The notes below the pieces were generated by a model, which saw only the letters and a list, made by a program, of their open reading frames with translations, was not told where the DNA came from and made no database searches. Both the position numbers and the translations under genes were made by a program. A DNA stretch of 62,950 nucleotides, the filler included. It is 4 parts of 4 records of this genome, joined end to end, with 100 filler letters (N's around TTAATTAATTAA, not from the genome) between each part and the next. Parts side by side here need not be neighbours in the genome. Positions count along the whole stretch, not along the records: positions 1 to 9,194 come from SRR22947727_2323; positions 9,295 to 30,449 come from SRR22947727_2324; 2 more parts are not named here. One strand, given 5' to 3'. Position 1 is the stretch's first letter, and each line of letters starts with the position of its first letter. Below are positions 1 to 9,701 of the stretch, piece after piece.

Positions 1-67
1 CAAGAATTACCACAATCTTGGCATGCGCTTCGGAGTCCAGTAGAAATGTCGAACCCTGTTCGCCCCC
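1..67 (-). ncRNA. ssrA: tmRNA, 5' portion (runs off window start)
   Basis: Minus strand reads GGGGGCGAACAGGGTTCGAC...GCATGCCAAG, matching the tmRNA 5' acceptor/D-loop pattern (GGGG.CG...TTCGAC...GCATGCC). Lies directly downstream of smpB. Confidence 0.9.
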
Positions 68-79
68 ATTGGGAGCAAA

Positions 80-85
80 ATTATA
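80..85 (-). promoter_or_regulatory. sigma70 -10 element (TATAAT) for ssrA
   Basis: Perfect TATAAT on minus strand, 12 nt before the predicted mature tmRNA 5' end. Confidence 0.6.
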
Positions 86-93
86 CATTATTA

Positions 94-561
94 TTATCTT
101 TTATTTGTATTTTTGAGGATTCTTCCTTGATCTCGTTCCCAATCTCTCTTTTTAATATCTTGGCGCTGATCGCGCACTTTCTTACCTTTTCCAGCAGCAA
201 TATCACATTTTATATGATTTTCTTTCCAATACATTAATGTCATTATTACTGTAAGGCTTTTTTCATTTTTAAGTTTTTGCAGTTCTGCAATCTCTCTTTT
301 TTTTAATAAGAGTTTTCTTGTTCTAAGGGGGTCAACATTGAAATCTTTTAGGGATGCTGGAGGGTCTATTTTTATACCAAATAACCAAGCTTCATTATTT
401 TTGAAAGTTACATAGCTATTTTTAACATCTATTTTACTATTTCTAAGAGATTTTACTTCCCAGCCCTCAAGAACTATTCCGGCCTGAAAAGTTTCCCCAA
501 GAATAAAGTTCCTTGATGCAGTTTTATTCTTTACAATGATATTTGGTTTATCCTTAGACAT
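94..561 (-). CDS. smpB: SsrA-binding protein SmpB
   Basis: AGIVLEGWEVKSLR, RTRKLLL and GKGKK..D.R motifs; adjacent to tmRNA. Confidence 0.97.
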   Translation of the reverse strand: MSKDKPNIIVKNKTASRNFILGETFQAGIVLEGWEVKSLRNSKIDVKNSYVTFKNNEAWLFGIKIDPPASLKDFNVDPLRTRKLLLKKREIAELQKLKNEKSLTVIMTLMYWKENHIKCDIAAGKGKKVRDQRQDIKKRDWERDQGRILKNTNKR

Positions 562-612
562 ATCTTTATTATGTCTTTTGATATGCCTAGTGCAAGAAAA
601 ATTTAAATAAAC

Positions 613-1074
613 ATGAATATTAGTAATTTTAAATCAACATATGGATATATTGGTTTTATACCATTTGCTTTGTTATGTCTTGTGCCTTGGATAGCAGGAT
701 CAGAGCTTTCAAAAATAGCATTAACATTCCAGTTAGGATATGGAGCTATTATCATCACTTTCTTGGGAGGCATGTCCTGGGGATGGCGAGATAATCTGAG
801 AAATCAAAAATTTAACTTATCAATGGGTATTTTGTTTAGCTTATTGGGTTGCTCCATACTTTTATTAACATATTTTAATTATATTCTTGTAGCATTGTTA
901 TTATCCGTAATAAGCTTTCAATTTTTTTATTATTTTGAACAATCTACTGAAGATTTTTTATTACGAGATGATGATTATAAAAAATTTAGAAAAATGTTAT
1001 CTCTACTTGTATCATTGAGTTTTTTGATATCATCAGCCTATTGGATAAACCCTTATAGCAACCCTCTCACTTAA
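613..1074 (+). CDS. DUF3429-like membrane protein
   Basis: GYIGFIPF and YGAIIITFLGGMSWG motifs; about 5 TM segments. Confidence 0.75.
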   Translation: MNISNFKSTYGYIGFIPFALLCLVPWIAGSELSKIALTFQLGYGAIIITFLGGMSWGWRDNLRNQKFNLSMGILFSLLGCSILLLTYFNYILVALLLSVISFQFFYYFEQSTEDFLLRDDDYKKFRKMLSLLVSLSFLISSAYWINPYSNPLT

Positions 1075-1083
1075 AAATATATT

Positions 1084-2433
1084 ATGGAAATACATCGAAA
1101 ATTAAAATCACATGGGTCATGGATTGGAAAATGGACTTTTATTTTAGCTGCTACAGGATCGGCAGTTGGGCTTGGAAATATCTGGGGGTTCCCATATAAA
1201 GCTGGTACTAATGGAGGAGGTGCATTTGTTTTAATCTATCTTGGTTGCATTTTAATAATTGGTATACCTATTATGATTAGTGAAATTATTTTAGGAAGAA
1301 GATCAGGCAATAGTCCGATTAATGCAATGAGATATATTGCAATAGAATCTAATAGGAGTTCCTCTTGGCAAATTGTCGGTTGGAGTGGCATATTTGCTGG
1401 CATTCTTATACTTTCTTTTTATAGTGTCATAGCTGGTATTTGTTTAAATTATATTTTTATATCTGCTACCTCTTCTGGAGCAATTAGCTCTTCTGAGCAG
1501 TTTTCTAATGTTATTTCTTCGCCTCTAAATTTAATTTTATGGCATACAGTATTTATGATTCTAACAGCCTTAATTGTCTCTGCTGGAATTAAAGATGGCA
1601 TTGGAAGAATGGTAAAAATTTTAATGCCATTACTTGGTTTTTTAATGATTTTTATGGTGATTTATTCAATAATTAATGGTGATTTTAGTAGCGCAATATC
1701 GTTTTTATTTGCACCAGATTTTTCTAATGTAACTTCTGATACTTTGCTTCAAGCCATGGGCCAAGCATTTTTTAGCTTGAGTTTAGGAATGGGATCAATT
1801 ATGGCTTATGGTGCATATATGCCAAAAGAACAAAAAGTGGTTGGCACTTCTTTTACTGTGGCCTCGCTTGATACCCTAATTGCAATTTTAGCTGGTTTGG
1901 CTATTTTCCCAATTATTTTTGCTTTTAACTTAGAACCAAATAGCGGTCCTGGACTTGTTTTTGTTTCGATGCTTTCTGCCTTCAATCAAATGCAATTTGG
2001 ACAATTTATTGGGCCCTTATTTTTTATACTATTGTCAGTAGCAGCATTGAGTTCTTCAATATCTCTTCTAGAGCCTGGTGTAGCATATATGTCAGAAGAA
2101 AATATTTTATCTAGAAAGGGGTCTGCACAAATTATTTCATTTTTTGTATGGGTTCTTGGAATTGGCTCAGCACTAAGTTTTAATGTTTGGTCAGATTTTT
2201 CTTTAATTGGGGGTAGAAATTTTCTTGATTCGATGGACTTTATTGCGAATCAGATTTTACTTCCTTTAGGAGGAATGTTAATTGCTATATTTGTTGGTTG
2301 GTATATGAAGAAGTCATTAATTGTTGATGAATTGGGGCCAATAAATAATTATTTGTATGTTTTATGGAGATTTTTTGTAAAATTTATAGCTCCAGCATCT
2401 GTAGGATATATTTTTTATCGCCAATTTTTTTAA
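1084..2433 (+). CDS. Sodium-dependent transporter, NSS/SNF family
   Basis: GSAVGLGNIWGFPY, NGGGAF, GQAFFSLSLG and GPGLVF motifs. Confidence 0.95.
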   Translation: MEIHRKLKSHGSWIGKWTFILAATGSAVGLGNIWGFPYKAGTNGGGAFVLIYLGCILIIGIPIMISEIILGRRSGNSPINAMRYIAIESNRSSSWQIVGWSGIFAGILILSFYSVIAGICLNYIFISATSSGAISSSEQFSNVISSPLNLILWHTVFMILTALIVSAGIKDGIGRMVKILMPLLGFLMIFMVIYSIINGDFSSAISFLFAPDFSNVTSDTLLQAMGQAFFSLSLGMGSIMAYGAYMPKEQKVVGTSFTVASLDTLIAILAGLAIFPIIFAFNLEPNSGPGLVFVSMLSAFNQMQFGQFIGPLFFILLSVAALSSSISLLEPGVAYMSEENILSRKGSAQIISFFVWVLGIGSALSFNVWSDFSLIGGRNFLDSMDFIANQILLPLGGMLIAIFVGWYMKKSLIVDELGPINNYLYVLWRFFVKFIAPASVGYIFYRQFF

Positions 2434-2439
2434 TAACAA

Positions 2440-2859
2440 ATGAAAAGAAATCTTCAATTTAAGAAGGTATTAAAGATTAATGCAGACAGTGCTTTAAAGG
2501 CTGTTTCAAACTTTAGTAAATACGAAGATTTTGTTCCTGGCTGCACTGGAGCTTCATTAATTTCAAGAAATCCTCCCATTGAAATAGGGCGATTAGAATT
2601 TAATATACTTGGTAAAAAATATTTTATTGAATCAAGGAATGAAATACTTGAAAACTCAATTAATATTGAGCAGCTAAAAGGGCCTTTTGATAACTTTAGT
2701 GGCAAATGGACACTAAAAAAAATAGATAAAGATTTTTGTGAGGTATGCTTTCATGCTCAATTCGAGTTACCCTTTTTATTAAATGCTATTATCCCCCAGT
2801 CTCTAGTAGAGTCCTTCTCCACTAATATTATTGAATCATTTATTAAAGAAGCTCAATGA
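2440..2859 (+). CDS. ratA: RatA/PasT (Coq10-like START domain)
   Basis: YEDFVPGC and GPFDNFSGKW motifs; smpB-ratA-ratB-bamE synteny. Confidence 0.85.
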   Translation: MKRNLQFKKVLKINADSALKAVSNFSKYEDFVPGCTGASLISRNPPIEIGRLEFNILGKKYFIESRNEILENSINIEQLKGPFDNFSGKWTLKKIDKDFCEVCFHAQFELPFLLNAIIPQSLVESFSTNIIESFIKEAQ

Positions 2860-3134
2860 AAATTTTTTTTACATACCAAGGAATCAAAGATAAGTATTTT
2901 TATGAATTAAATGTTTCATCAAGTATAACCGTAGAAGAACTTCTCAAATTTGAACAAGTACGAGAGATTATTGCTCAATTAAATCACAAATTAGTTGTTG
3001 CTGTTAATGGTGAGTTGTTAGATGGAAATTTTAGACCAAAACCAAATAAATATAGACTAAAAGAAGGCGAGAGAGTTGAGCTTCTGAGACCTCTCAATCA
3101 GGACCCAAAAGAAAGGAGATTAAAGAAGGTTTAA
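2856..3134 (+). CDS. ratB: RatB/RnfH ubiquitin-like protein
   Basis: LKEGERVELLRPLNQDPKERR C-terminal motif; overlaps ratA stop. Confidence 0.85.
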   Translation: MKIFFTYQGIKDKYFYELNVSSSITVEELLKFEQVREIIAQLNHKLVVAVNGELLDGNFRPKPNKYRLKEGERVELLRPLNQDPKERRLKKV

Positions 3135-3137
3135 ATT

Positions 3138-3470
3138 TTATTCTTCTGAAGATTTTTCAATAATCCAGCTTTCAACAAGACCATCCTCATTAAAAAATAT
3201 TGTTAATTTATTTTCTACCATAACCTCACCTCCAACAGTGACAGAATTAAAGTAATCCCATCTAGATTTTTGAAAGGGATCTTGGATTAATGCAGTACCA
3301 AAAATAAATTGAATCTGTTCTTTTGTTAACCCTTCAGACAGCTTCTCCAAATCTTCGTCTTCAAATATATTTCCTTGAAGAACAGGAACCTTGTAAGGAC
3401 TTAAGGATGAGCATGAGCTCATTGAAATAGTGACAAGTAATATAAAGAATGTTGAAGCAAGTTGTTTCAT
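3138..3470 (-). CDS. bamE: Outer membrane assembly lipoprotein BamE
   Basis: Lipobox Cys, QGN, GLTKEQIQFIFGT and DPF...RWDY; divergent from fur. Confidence 0.93.
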   Translation of the reverse strand: MKQLASTFFILLVTISMSSCSSLSPYKVPVLQGNIFEDEDLEKLSEGLTKEQIQFIFGTALIQDPFQKSRWDYFNSVTVGGEVMVENKLTIFFNEDGLVESWIIEKSSEE

Positions 3471-3557
3471 AATTAATATGGATTATACTTTGTAATAATC
3501 TTAAAGTCTGTTCACTATAATAGAATATGACAATAAAAAATAATAAAAGTTAGAACA

Positions 3558-3977
3558 ATGTCAAAACAAAATGAAGAGTTAAAGAAAGCTGGATTAAAAG
3601 CTACTTTACCAAGAATAAAAATAATGGAAGTTTTAGCATCCACAGCCATTCAAGAAGAGGCACATTTTAGTGCAGAAGATATTTATAAAGAGCTTATATC
3701 CAATAACGAAGATATTGGATTAGCTACTATCTACAGAGTATTAACTCAATTTGAAGCCGCTGGCATGGTAACAAAGCATCATTTCGAAAACAGCAAAGCT
3801 GTTTACGAAATTAATTCAGATGAACATCATGATCATATGGTTGATGTAGATACAGGAAAAGTAATGGAATTTCATGATGAAGATTTAGAAAAACTCCAGC
3901 ATGAGATTGCTAAAAAGAAAGGTTATGAATTAGTTGATCATAGTATGATTTTACACGTTCGAAAAATAGAATCATAA
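3558..3977 (+). CDS. fur: Ferric uptake regulator
   Basis: LKKAGLKATLPR, GLATIYRVLTQF and HHDHM motifs. Confidence 0.97.
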   Translation: MSKQNEELKKAGLKATLPRIKIMEVLASTAIQEEAHFSAEDIYKELISNNEDIGLATIYRVLTQFEAAGMVTKHHFENSKAVYEINSDEHHDHMVDVDTGKVMEFHDEDLEKLQHEIAKKKGYELVDHSMILHVRKIES

Positions 3978-3990
3978 ATTCAGTTCTGCT

Positions 3991-4018
3991 CTTGAACTGA
4001 AAATTTAAATCCCAATAT
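3991..4018 (+). promoter_or_regulatory. sigma32 (RpoH)-type promoter of grpE-dnaK-dnaJ
   Basis: CTTGAA-N14-CCCAATAT versus consensus CTTGAA-N13/14-CCCCATNT, upstream of the heat-shock operon. Confidence 0.7.
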
Positions 4019-4040
4019 ATGTTTCAAATAGGATTTAAAT

Positions 4041-4583
4041 ATGCCAAAAGACAAAAAAGATAACAAATTAGACGTTGAAGATAATATAGATACTTCTTCT
4101 GAAAATATTGCAGAGGAGGCTGAAAATATTGGCACACCTTCATATGAAGAGTTAATTTATAAAAATGAAGAGCTTGAGAAGTCTCTTTTAAGAGCTAATG
4201 CTGACTTAGATAATGCTTTAAAAAGATCTATTAACGAGGTAGAAAAAGCACATAAATATGGTGTTGAAAAACTTTTAATTGAGCTACTTCCTGTGATAGA
4301 TAATTTAGAACATGCTATGAATAATTTGTCAGAAAAAGCTACAAAAGAAGATAAAGAGGGCATTGAATTAACATTAAAGTCTTTTGAGTCAGCTCTTGAT
4401 AAATTTGGAATGATACCCATCTACCCTGTAAATGAAGAGTTTAATCCAGAAAAACATGAAGCTGTAACTATGGAAAAAGATAAAAATAAAAAAGACGGGT
4501 CAATAGGGAATATTTTTCAACGAGGCTGGGAACTTCATTCAAGAATAGTAAGACCTGCAAGAGTTACGGTAATTAAAAATTAG
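4041..4583 (+). CDS. grpE: Nucleotide exchange factor GrpE
   Basis: [18 protein letters not shown] and RIVRPARV motifs. Confidence 0.96.
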   Translation: MPKDKKDNKLDVEDNIDTSSENIAEEAENIGTPSYEELIYKNEELEKSLLRANADLDNALKRSINEVEKAHKYGVEKLLIELLPVIDNLEHAMNNLSEKATKEDKEGIELTLKSFESALDKFGMIPIYPVNEEFNPEKHEAVTMEKDKNKKDGSIGNIFQRGWELHSRIVRPARVTVIKN

Positions 4584-4597
4584 AGGAAAAAAATATT

Positions 4598-6505
4598 ATG
4601 TCAAAAATAATTGGAATTGATTTAGGTACAACTAATAGTTGTGTAGCTGTTATAGAAGGACAGCAACAAAAAGTAATAGAGAATGCAGAGGGCGGCAGGA
4701 CTACACCTTCAGTTATTGCTTACACAGACAGTGATGAAGTATTAGTAGGGTTGCCTGCAAAAAGACAGGCAGTAACTAATCCAGAAAATACTTTATATGC
4801 AATTAAAAGGTTAATTGGAAGAACTTTTGATGACGAAGTCGTAAGTAAAGATGCTGATATGGTCCCATACAAAATTATAAAAGCTGATAATGGAGATGCC
4901 TGGGTAGAAGCTTCAAACAAAAAGCTTGCTCCACCTCAGGTAGCTGCAGAAGTTTTGAAAAAAATGAAAAAGACTGCTGAAGACTATCTTGGACATGAGG
5001 TCAAAGAGGCAGTAATAACCGTTCCAGCTTATTTTAATGATTCGCAAAGACAGGCAACCAAAGATGCAGGAAAAATTGCAGGTTTAGATGTTAAAAGAAT
5101 TATAAACGAACCAACTGCCGCTGCTTTAGCATATGGACTTGATAAGCATAAAGGTGATTCAACTGTTGCGGTTTATGATCTTGGTGGTGGAACTTTTGAT
5201 ATTTCTATTATCGAAATTTCCGATGTGGATGGTGAACATCAATTTGAAGTCCTATCAACTAATGGAGATACTTTTTTAGGCGGAGAAGATTTTGACTTAA
5301 GATTAATTGATTATTTTGTTGATCAATTTAAGACGGAATCTGGTTTTGACCTTAAAAGTGATCCTTTGGCGCTTCAGAGGTTAAAAGAAGCCGCTGAAAA
5401 AGCTAAGATTGAATTATCTTCTTCAGAACAAACAGAGGTTAATCTTCCCTACATAACAGCTGATAGCTCAGGCCCAAAACATTTTGTTCATAAAATTACT
5501 AGAGCAAAACTTGAATCTCTTGTTGAAGATCTAGTTGATAAAAGTCTAGAGCCATTAAAAGTAGCTTTAAAGGATGCAAAATTATCAAAAAATGATATTT
5601 CAGAAATATTATTAGTAGGCGGGCAAACAAGAATGCCACTAGTTCAAAAAAAGGTTTCTGAATTTTTTGGCAAGGATGCCAGAAAGGATTTGAATCCAGA
5701 TGAAGCTGTTGCCGTAGGAGCAGCAATTCAAGGGTCTGTCTTGTCTGGTGATACAACAGATGTCTTATTACTAGACGTAACTCCGCTAACGCTTGGCATT
5801 GAAACCCTTGGAGGAGTTGCTACCCCACTTATTGAAAAAAATACGACTATACCGACTCAAAAATCGCAAGTGTTTTCAACTGCCGAAGATAATCAGATAG
5901 CAGTGACTGTTCATGTGATTCAAGGAGAAAGAACTCAAGCCTCACAAAATAAATCTCTTGGGCAATTTAATCTTGCTGATATACCGCCCGCTTCAAGAGG
6001 AGTCCCGCAAATCGAAGTTACTTTTGATTTAGACGCAAATGGAATTTTAAATGTTTCCGCTAAAGATAAAAATACAGGTAAAGAACAATCTATTGTTATT
6101 AAAGCGTCAAGTGGACTATCAGATGATGATATTGAAAAAATGGTCAAAGATGCTGAAGCAAATGCAGAAGATGATAAAAAGTTTGAAGAGCTAGTAAAAA
6201 CTAAAAATAATGCAGACATGCTTGTACATGCAACCAGAAAAACAATTGAAGAGTCTGGAGATAAATTAACTGATGAAGAAAAATCTCAGGTTGAAAATGC
6301 TGTTGTTGAATTAGAAAAGGCAATTAGCTCAGAGGACATATCTGCTATAGAGACAGCTACTAAGGGTGTTAATGATGTACTTACGCCATTAACTCAAAAA
6401 CTTTATACTCAAGAAGGTGAAGAGCAGAATGGCGAAGCTCCAGAGGAATCATCCGACAATACTGTTGATGCAGAATTTGAAGAAGTTAAAGAAGAAGACA
6501 AGTAG
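4598..6505 (+). CDS. dnaK: Chaperone DnaK
   Basis: [27 protein letters not shown] and C-terminal DAEFEEV. Confidence 0.99.
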   Translation: MSKIIGIDLGTTNSCVAVIEGQQQKVIENAEGGRTTPSVIAYTDSDEVLVGLPAKRQAVTNPENTLYAIKRLIGRTFDDEVVSKDADMVPYKIIKADNGDAWVEASNKKLAPPQVAAEVLKKMKKTAEDYLGHEVKEAVITVPAYFNDSQRQATKDAGKIAGLDVKRIINEPTAAALAYGLDKHKGDSTVAVYDLGGGTFDISIIEISDVDGEHQFEVLSTNGDTFLGGEDFDLRLIDYFVDQFKTESGFDLKSDPLALQRLKEAAEKAKIELSSSEQTEVNLPYITADSSGPKHFVHKITRAKLESLVEDLVDKSLEPLKVALKDAKLSKNDISEILLVGGQTRMPLVQKKVSEFFGKDARKDLNPDEAVAVGAAIQGSVLSGDTTDVLLLDVTPLTLGIETLGGVATPLIEKNTTIPTQKSQVFSTAEDNQIAVTVHVIQGERTQASQNKSLGQFNLADIPPASRGVPQIEVTFDLDANGILNVSAKDKNTGKEQSIVIKASSGLSDDDIEKMVKDAEANAEDDKKFEELVKTKNNADMLVHATRKTIEESGDKLTDEEKSQVENAVVELEKAISSEDISAIETATKGVNDVLTPLTQKLYTQEGEEQNGEAPEESSDNTVDAEFEEVKEEDK

Positions 6506-6511
6506 TAAAAA

Positions 6512-7615
6512 ATGTCAAAGAGAGACTATTATGAAACTCTAGAAGTCTCTCGTGATGCTTCTGTTCCTGAGATAAAAAAAGCTTTCAAGAAGAAAGCTAT
6601 GAAATTTCATCCTGACAGAAATCCTGACAATCCTGAGGCTGCTGAAAAATTCAAAGAAGCTGCTGAAGCTTATGATGTTTTGTCAGATCCTCAAAAAAAA
6701 TCAGCATATGATCAATTTGGCCATCAAGGTGTTGAAGGAATGGGCGGAGGCGGACCAAATTTCAATGATATAAATATTAATGATATTTTTGGTGATATTT
6801 TTGGTGATGTATTTGGTACTCGCTCATCTACCAGAAGATCAAGAAGAGGCTCAGATCTTCAATATAATTTAGATCTCTCTCTGAAGGAAGCGGTCCTTGG
6901 AGTGCAGAAGAAAATTAAAATACCATCTCATAAATCATGTCATGATTGCAATGGATCAGGTGCAGAAAAAGGATCAAGCCCACTTACGTGTCCAAACTGT
7001 AATGGAAGCGGACAAGTTAGAATGCAACAAGGTTTTTTCTCTGTTCAACAAACATGTTCACAATGTTCAGGAACGGGACAAATGATTAAAGATAAATGTA
7101 AGACTTGCCAGGGATATGGAGCAACCAAAGAAAATAAAACTTTGTCTGTAAACATTCCGTCGGGTGTTGATAATGGGGATAAGGTTCGTCTAAGTGGAGA
7201 AGGCGAGTGGGAAAAAGGTGGTCAAGCTGGAGATTTATATGTTGCAATTAGGGTTTCAGAAAATCCTATTTTTGAAAGAGAAGGAAAAGATTTATATATA
7301 GAATCACCAATCCCATTTGAAGTTTCCATTCTTGGTGGTGCAATTAAAGTCCCAACCCTTGAAGGATCTATCTCGTTAAAAATTCCTGCTCAAACGCAAA
7401 CTGGAAAAATTTTTAGAATAAAAGGAAAAGGAGCATCCATTGTAAGAGATAGTCGAAGAGGGGATATTTTATGTAGAGTTTTAGTTGAAACACCATCTAA
7501 TTTAGATAGAAAGCAACTTAAACTCTTAAATGCATTCTCAGAATCTCTGATAAAGTCAAAAAACTATCCAGGAACCGAATCTTTTTTAAAAGCATCTGAA
7601 AGCATAAACGATTAG
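6512..7615 (+). CDS. dnaJ: Chaperone DnaJ
   Basis: J domain HPD; four CxxCxGxG repeats. Confidence 0.99.
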   Translation: MSKRDYYETLEVSRDASVPEIKKAFKKKAMKFHPDRNPDNPEAAEKFKEAAEAYDVLSDPQKKSAYDQFGHQGVEGMGGGGPNFNDININDIFGDIFGDVFGTRSSTRRSRRGSDLQYNLDLSLKEAVLGVQKKIKIPSHKSCHDCNGSGAEKGSSPLTCPNCNGSGQVRMQQGFFSVQQTCSQCSGTGQMIKDKCKTCQGYGATKENKTLSVNIPSGVDNGDKVRLSGEGEWEKGGQAGDLYVAIRVSENPIFEREGKDLYIESPIPFEVSILGGAIKVPTLEGSISLKIPAQTQTGKIFRIKGKGASIVRDSRRGDILCRVLVETPSNLDRKQLKLLNAFSESLIKSKNYPGTESFLKASESIND

Positions 7616-7620
7616 TTATT

Positions 7621-8271
7621 ATGTTAAATCTTTTTCTTAATGGTGCCTCTGGAAAGATGGGATCTTCGATTATAAATCAACTATCAAAAATAGAAAATAT
7701 ATCGATTATAGACTCAATCGTAGATTGTGATGTTGTAGTTGATTTTTCAAGACCTGAATCCTCTATAAAGATTATTAAAAAATGCATAGAAAATAAAAAA
7801 CCAATTGTAATTGGCACAACTGGTTTTAATAATGAGCAATTGCAAACAATTAAAGAAGCTTCTCAAGTTATTCCAGTATCACTTTCCTACAATATGAGTA
7901 AAGGTATTTTCTTTTTAAAAGAATTAATTAAAGATTTTCTTCTTAAAAATAAGCATAATTTTGAATGTGTTATTCATGAGGTTCATCATACAGAAAAGGT
8001 TGATTCACCTTCAGGGACTGCAATCGAATTGGAAAAAACTATAAAGACCAATGATGCGAATAAAATTATTAGTTCTGTTTGTATAGAATCTGAAAGAGCC
8101 TCAGATGTAAATGGGATTCATGAAGTTAGATTTTTCAACAAGAATGAGTCTATATTATTTAAGCATGAAGCTTTATCTAGAAATATCTTTTCTGATGGAG
8201 CTATAGCTATAGCTAAAGCTATTATTAAAAAAGAACCAAATTTATACTCAGTTAAAGATTTTTTTAATTAA
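7621..8271 (+). CDS. dapB: 4-hydroxy-tetrahydrodipicolinate reductase (short form)
   Basis: GASGKMG, DFS, IGTTG and EVHHTEKVDSPSGTA motifs. Confidence 0.93.
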   Translation: MLNLFLNGASGKMGSSIINQLSKIENISIIDSIVDCDVVVDFSRPESSIKIIKKCIENKKPIVIGTTGFNNEQLQTIKEASQVIPVSLSYNMSKGIFFLKELIKDFLLKNKHNFECVIHEVHHTEKVDSPSGTAIELEKTIKTNDANKIISSVCIESERASDVNGIHEVRFFNKNESILFKHEALSRNIFSDGAIAIAKAIIKKEPNLYSVKDFFN

Positions 8272-8324
8272 AAATTACTTTAAATCAAACTACTTTTTCT
8301 ATAGAATACAGGAACTTTTAAATA

Positions 8325-8398
8325 CGAAAATCCTATTTTATTAAAGTTGGGGTGCTCAAATCAGAGTCAACTTTATGAGGATTGGAGAAATAACCCCA
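8325..8398 (+). ncRNA. rpsB leader (t44-like S2 autoregulatory RNA)
   Basis: Stem AAAGTTG/CAACTTT with GGGGTGC bulge, outer AATCCT/AGGATT pairing, and downstream TAACCCC able to pair with GGGGT, as in the E. coli rpsB leader. TAGAAT -10 at 8302-8307. Confidence 0.85.
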
Positions 8399-8410
8399 AG
8401 GAGAATTAAA

Positions 8411-9194
8411 TTGAGTATAGTTTCAATAAAAGACCTGCTTCATGCAGGCGTTCACTTCGGTCATCAACAAAGATTTTGGAATCCAAAAATGGATCAATAT
8501 ATCTTTGATACAAGAAAAAAAATAAGTATCATCAACCTAGACATGACTCAAGAGCACTTAAATGCTGCAGCATCAAAAGTTGAAGATATTTGTTCAAAAG
8601 GCAATAAAGTGCTTTTTGTTGGCACAAAAAGATCTGCCAGCAAGACTATAAAAGAAGAAGCTTCAGCAATTGGCTTACCATATGTGAATAAAAGATGGTT
8701 GGGTGGAACTTTAACCAACTGGAAAACAATCAGAGGTTCAATAAGAAGATTGCAGGATATTGAAGAAATGATTTCTTCAGGCAGGATAGAAAAGCTTATT
8801 AAAAAAGAAGCTGTTGATATTCAAAAAGAATATACAAAATTAGAAGCTAGTGTTGGAGGCATTAAAGACATGAAAGGCCTTCCAGATGCAATATTTGTTA
8901 TTGATGTAAAGCATGAAAAAATTGCAGTTTTAGAGGCAAAAAAAATGGGCATTCCTGTTATTGCTCTTGTTGACACAAACTCTGATCCAGATGGTATCGA
9001 TATGGTTATACCAGGTAATGATGATGCCATTAGATCCATAAGACTAATTACAAAAATAATTGCAGATTCTTGTGCAAGAGGTCTAGAGTCATCTAAAGGT
9101 TTTTCTCCGAAAGTAGATTCAGAGTTGCCAGTTATTCAGACTATTAAAAAACAAGAACCTGTTATTGAAGAAGTTGCTGCTGAAGAACCTGTGG
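8411..9194 (+). CDS. rpsB: 30S ribosomal protein S2 (3' truncated at gap; TTG start after AAGGAG)
   Basis: [24 protein letters not shown] and PGNDDAIRS. The ORF-track start at 8375 lies inside the leader RNA. Confidence 0.97.
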
Positions 9195-9294
9195 NNNNNN
9201 NNNNNNNNNNNNNNNNNNNNNNNNNNNNNNNNNNNNNNTTAATTAATTAANNNNNNNNNNNNNNNNNNNNNNNNNNNNNNNNNNNNNNNNNNNN
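9195..9294. other. Artificial contig spacer
   Basis: 44 N + TTAATTAATTAA (stops in all six frames) + 44 N. Confidence 0.99.
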
Positions 9295-9354
9295 TTTCTT
9301 TTTCTTAGGAGCAGCTTTTTTCTTTGGTGCTGCTTTCTTTTTCTTCTTTGCCAT
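9295..9354 (-). CDS. Lys/Ala/Pro-rich histone H1-like small basic protein (N-terminal fragment, not in ORF track)
   Basis: Translates MAKKKKKAAPKKKAAPKKKK into the gap; AAGGAG RBS 6 nt upstream of the ATG. Confidence 0.8.
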
Positions 9355-9701
9355 TTAATGCTCCTTGTAATGGGTTAAAGTGGAGGAACCCCCCTCCATC
9401 ATCACTTTATAAAAGTGACAAACATAAAAGGCTTTCTTTTATTCCCAAAACTTACGCGTAAAGTCAACAATATAAGAAAAACTAAAAATATTAAAAAATT
9501 TGTTTAAAATTTGTTTAAAAATTTTAATTCCGTGAGGTCATTTTTTCGTTGAAATCTAATTAAAAAAATACAAAAAAAGTATACAAATTTATTATAAGTA
9601 TTAATACTTAAAAATATTTACTATTAGCTTAATAAATATTTATTTCATAAAATATTGTCAGTTATATGTAAGTATTTTTATATAAAAACTATATATTTAA
9701 T

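Noticed and set aside
1..93. Prophage or island integrated at tmRNA
   Set aside because: The tmRNA 3' end and anything beyond it lie outside the window; no integrase is visible.
46..237. 63-aa plus-strand ORF
   Set aside because: Antisense to smpB and tmRNA; no recognisable motif.
2440..3134. ratAB as a toxin-antitoxin or defence system
   Set aside because: Conserved housekeeping locus; RatA is a Coq10-like ubiquinone-binding protein.
3471..3557. Fur box in the bamE-fur spacer
   Set aside because: Only partial AT-rich resemblance to GATAATGATAATCATTATC; not distinguishable from background.
3979..4001. CIRCE element
   Set aside because: The inverted repeat does not match TTAGCACTC-N9-GAGTGCTAA.
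6779..6817. GATATTTTTGGT tandem repeat as a possible CRISPR or VNTR
   Set aside because: Encodes the normal DIFG repeats of the DnaJ G/F region.
9239..9250. TTAATTAATTAA repeated three times (also 30494-30505 and 49647-49658) as a biological repeat
   Set aside because: Always centred in 44 N + 44 N; an artificial six-frame stop linker. ORF tails ending XXXLIN are artefacts.
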